From: Ignavibacteria bacterium
GTDB lineage: Bacteria > Bacteroidota > Ignavibacteria > Kapaibacteriales > UBA2268
Direction of reading: 5' to 3'
DNA: 64,000 bases
Assembly: GCA_026416955.1 (NCBI GenBank)
Contig: JAOAEE010000023.1
Location: forward strand, 21,122 to 85,121
Shown here: piece by piece, positions 61,680 through 64,000 of the stretch
Layout of the letters: each line of letters begins with the position of its first letter
Position numbering within the stretch: position 1 is the stretch's first letter
Notes under the pieces: model-generated
Told to the model about the DNA's origin: nothing
The model's input: only the letters and a program-made list of their open reading frames with translations
Databases searched by the model: none
Translations under genes and position numbers: made by a program

Positions 61680-62168
61680 ATGAAAAAACCTTTAGTTTAC
61701 GTCGTGGATGATAACAAGATAACTGTGAAGCTAATGAGAAGATACCTCGAAGTCAATGGCTTCGAGGTTGGAGAAGCATACGATGGAATTGAATGCCTTG
61801 AACTTGTAGCAAAGCAGAAACCAGATGCTATTGTTTTAGATGTTATGATGCCTCGTTTAGATGGCTACGATACATCTAAAAGATTGAAAGAAAATCCCGA
61901 AACCAAAGATATTCCAGTTGTAATTGTCACTGCATTGAACGATGTCCCCAACCAAGTAAAGGCTATCGATTGTGGCGCAGACGATTTTTTAAGCAAACCT
62001 ATTGAAGAAAAACTCCTTGTGGCAAAAGTTCGATTGCTTTCCGACCTTTCTTTTTGCCGAAAAAGAGTAAAAAGGTTAATGGAAATTATTGAATCATTAC
62101 AAAATGGTAATGAGGAATACAAATACATAACCCCAATTCAAATTTTAGAACAAGATGGTCTTTTTTAA
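61680..62168 (+). CDS. stand-alone response regulator receiver protein (CheY-like) with a short C-terminal helical tail
   Basis: VYVVDDN, the AIVLDVMMPRLDG phospho-acceptor Asp, VIVTAL and SKP motifs are present. There is no output domain and no adjacent histidine kinase. Confidence 0.88.
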   Translation: MKKPLVYVVDDNKITVKLMRRYLEVNGFEVGEAYDGIECLELVAKQKPDAIVLDVMMPRLDGYDTSKRLKENPETKDIPVVIVTALNDVPNQVKAIDCGADDFLSKPIEEKLLVAKVRLLSDLSFCRKRVKRLMEIIESLQNGNEEYKYITPIQILEQDGLF

Positions 62169-62332
62169 TTGATTTTGAATATGTTTAAGTTAACCAATAA
62201 ATAATTTACATAATTATCCAAATAAGCTAATTAATTAGTGTTAAATACTTTTTTATTTCATTAGAGGGAAAGATTATAACTAACAGTTTAAAAAATAATT
62301 TTATTATGTTGCTTATTACCAGTTGATAATTT

Positions 62333-63262
62333 CTACGAAATTTTCTCTGCCGCTCTCAATTTTGCACTACGCGAACGTGGATTTAAGGCTATTTCTTCTT
62401 TACTTGGAACTATAGGCTTTTTGGTTAATACCTTCAATCTTGGCATTATTTTTGAGGTTTCATTTACTTTTGACAAAGAAAATTTGCGAAAGAAATTTTT
62501 AACTATGCGGTCTTCAAGCGAATGGTACGAAATCACAACAATCCTACCCCCTTTGGATAGGCATCCAAGAGAGGCAAACAAAGCGTTTTCCAATACGTTA
62601 AGTTCATCATTTATTGCGATTCTAATAGCCTGGAAAACCCGAGATAGGGACTTAACTAAATATTTCTTTGGCACAACATTTTCCACCACTTTTGCAAGGT
62701 CGACAGTTGTACGAAGTGGGGAAATTTTCCGCTGTTGGACAATTGCCTTAGCAATTTTTTTGGCAAAAGGCTCTTCTCCGTATCTTTGGAGAAGAGCCGC
62801 CAAAACTTCCTCGTTTGCTGCGTTGACAAGGTCTTCTGCTGTTTGTCCGTGCGGTGAAAAACGCAAATCCAAAGGGCCAACCGCACGATACGAAAAGCCA
62901 CGGCGGCTCTCGTCGAGCTGCCGTGACGACACCCCCAAATCAAGCAGAAAACCTGTCCATTCCCCCCGATGTCTCGTTATGCTGCATGCTTTACTAAAAC
63001 ACTCATTGAAAAGTTCAATTCTCGAACGCTCCCCTCGTTCGAGTTCCCCCTTAAACCTTTCTTTACAAAATTCAATTGCCTCAATATCTTTATCAAATCC
63101 AAATATTCTTCCTCCTTCTCCAAGTCTTTCTAAAATCTTCTCTGAATGCCCACCTCCCCCAATAGTTCCATCTACATAAATACCATTCTCATCTGTTACA
63201 AGCAACTCAACTACTTCTTTTAAAAGAACCGGAATATGATAAAAAACCTGCTCTTTTGCCAT
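62333..63262 (-). CDS. rsmH: 16S rRNA (cytosine1402-N4)-methyltransferase
   Basis: HIPVLLKEVVELL...DGTIGGGGHSE...LLDLGVSS.QLD...SYHSLEDR... The position after mraZ supports the call. Confidence 0.96.
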   Translation of the reverse strand: MAKEQVFYHIPVLLKEVVELLVTDENGIYVDGTIGGGGHSEKILERLGEGGRIFGFDKDIEAIEFCKERFKGELERGERSRIELFNECFSKACSITRHRGEWTGFLLDLGVSSRQLDESRRGFSYRAVGPLDLRFSPHGQTAEDLVNAANEEVLAALLQRYGEEPFAKKIAKAIVQQRKISPLRTTVDLAKVVENVVPKKYLVKSLSRVFQAIRIAINDELNVLENALFASLGCLSKGGRIVVISYHSLEDRIVKNFFRKFSLSKVNETSKIMPRLKVLTKKPIVPSKEEIALNPRSRSAKLRAAEKIS

Positions 63263-63266
63263 CGAA

Positions 63267-63758
63267 TTAATTTTCTTCGTAACCCTCTACTTTTTGTCCA
63301 ACCCCGTTATAATGATTTGTACCAAGCACTTTTTCGAATACCTTTGCATATTCTTCCTCGTCGAACGTATATATTCGATTGAATTCATCTGGATTCCAAA
63401 TCTCGATATGGTCAATTTTCCCTACCAACAACGCCTTGTTTTCTATTTTTGCATAGATTAGCAAATCCTTTGGAATCAAAATTCTATTTTGTGCATCAAG
63501 AGAAGTTTCCTTACAAAACATTGTAAGAAAAGTAATTATTTTATCATTTTCTGGATTAAATGGGTTCAACTCCAAAAGTTTCTTTTGAATTTTTTCCCAT
63601 TGGTCAATCGGATACGCCACTATGCATTTCCGTATGCCTCGTGTAATTGTAAATGTTTCCCTTGCTTCGGGGCTGAGCGCTCGACGCATCATTGGAGGTA
63701 TAGTTACCCGACCTTTGTTATCAATAATATATTCTTCGCTACCTTGAAAAAAAGTCAT
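63267..63758 (-). CDS. mraZ: transcriptional regulator MraZ
   Basis: Has two DxxxR-type SpoVT/AbrB-like repeats, DNKGRVTIP and DAQNRILIP. It lies directly upstream of rsmH. Confidence 0.93.
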   Translation of the reverse strand: MTFFQGSEEYIIDNKGRVTIPPMMRRALSPEARETFTITRGIRKCIVAYPIDQWEKIQKKLLELNPFNPENDKIITFLTMFCKETSLDAQNRILIPKDLLIYAKIENKALLVGKIDHIEIWNPDEFNRIYTFDEEEYAKVFEKVLGTNHYNGVGQKVEGYEEN

Positions 63759-63766
63759 TCTTTTTG

Positions 63767-63814
63767 CCCCACTTTAGTTATTTTTTTTGGGAAATAATTA
63801 ATCTTTTTCCCCAC
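63767..63814 (-). promoter_or_regulatory. two GTGGGG boxes upstream of mraZ (candidate MraZ operator)
   Basis: On the minus strand the sequences are AAAGTGGGG (63767-63772 core) and GCAGTGGGG (63809-63814 core), 42 bp apart. MraZ operators in other bacteria are GTGG-containing direct repeats (from memory). The proximal box could instead be an SD-like element. Confidence 0.3.
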
Positions 63815-64000
63815 TGCAAAATAATAAAAAAAAAATCTAATTACCAAATCTTTTTGATAAATTTTCTTAAGATTGATTAATAAAAAAAGTTAACCTTTTC
63901 ATTATTAATAGGTTAACAACTTTCAAGTTTTTTTTCAATTTGAAATTGGTTTCAACTTGAATTTAACTTTGAAAAAAAGATTAGACTATAAACTTATTTT

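Noticed and set aside
62421-63179. 252-aa plus-strand ORF antisense to rsmH
   Set aside because: rsmH on the opposite strand has unmistakable conserved motifs. The antisense frame is Ser/Arg/Pro-rich and low-complexity, with no start context.

Overview
Low-GC bacterial chromosome segment. It uses Shine-Dalgarno sites and encodes T9SS-type C-terminal sorting domains, so by inference it comes from an FCB-group, possibly Ignavibacteria-like, organism. No rRNA, CRISPR array, transposase or integrase was seen. Layout: (1) Bases 1-24813 are a single co-directional minus-strand transcription/translation supercluster. In transcription order it runs tRNA-Tyr, tRNA-Gly(TCC), tRNA-Gly(CCC), tRNA-Thr, tRNA-Trp, secE-nusG-rplK-rplA-rplJ-rplL-rpoB-rpoC, a second EF-G gene, an AT-rich methyltransferase plus PD-(D/E)XK nuclease cassette, then rpsL-rpsG-fusA-tuf-rpsJ-rplC-rplD-rplW-rplB-rpsS-rplV-rpsC-rplP (rplP truncated by the window edge). 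(2) 24.9-36.7 kb, plus strand: ADP-forming acetyl-CoA synthetase, DUF438/hemerythrin protein, ferritin-like protein, a PorE-like PD40/OmpA lipoprotein, PBP1A, an FAH-family hydrolase, two lipoproteins, and an Asp-box/T9SS cargo gene broken by one in-frame TAA. (3) 36.7-48 kb, minus strand: an extended rhomboid protease, a pyrG-FKBP-nucleotidyltransferase operon with ATGA-coupled junctions, then an SMS-like PAP2 protein, a T9SS glycosidase-like protein, an orphan DUF444 (YeaH-like) gene and a DUF1573 gene. (4) 48-52.3 kb, plus strand: hslV (no hslU), maf, a lone ABC permease, murG and two small membrane proteins. (5) 52.3-59.3 kb, minus strand: a four-gene envelope cluster. It encodes a 774-aa bitopic protein, two paralogous predicted outer-membrane proteins and a vWA-OmpA protein. 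Three of the four have no family I can recognise. I rate this the best candidate for an undescribed system. (6) 59.5-64 kb: a bi-domain oxidoreductase, a lone response regulator, and mraZ-rsmH cut off from the rest of the dcw cluster. All calls come from reading the translations and the sequence by eye. No database search was run.
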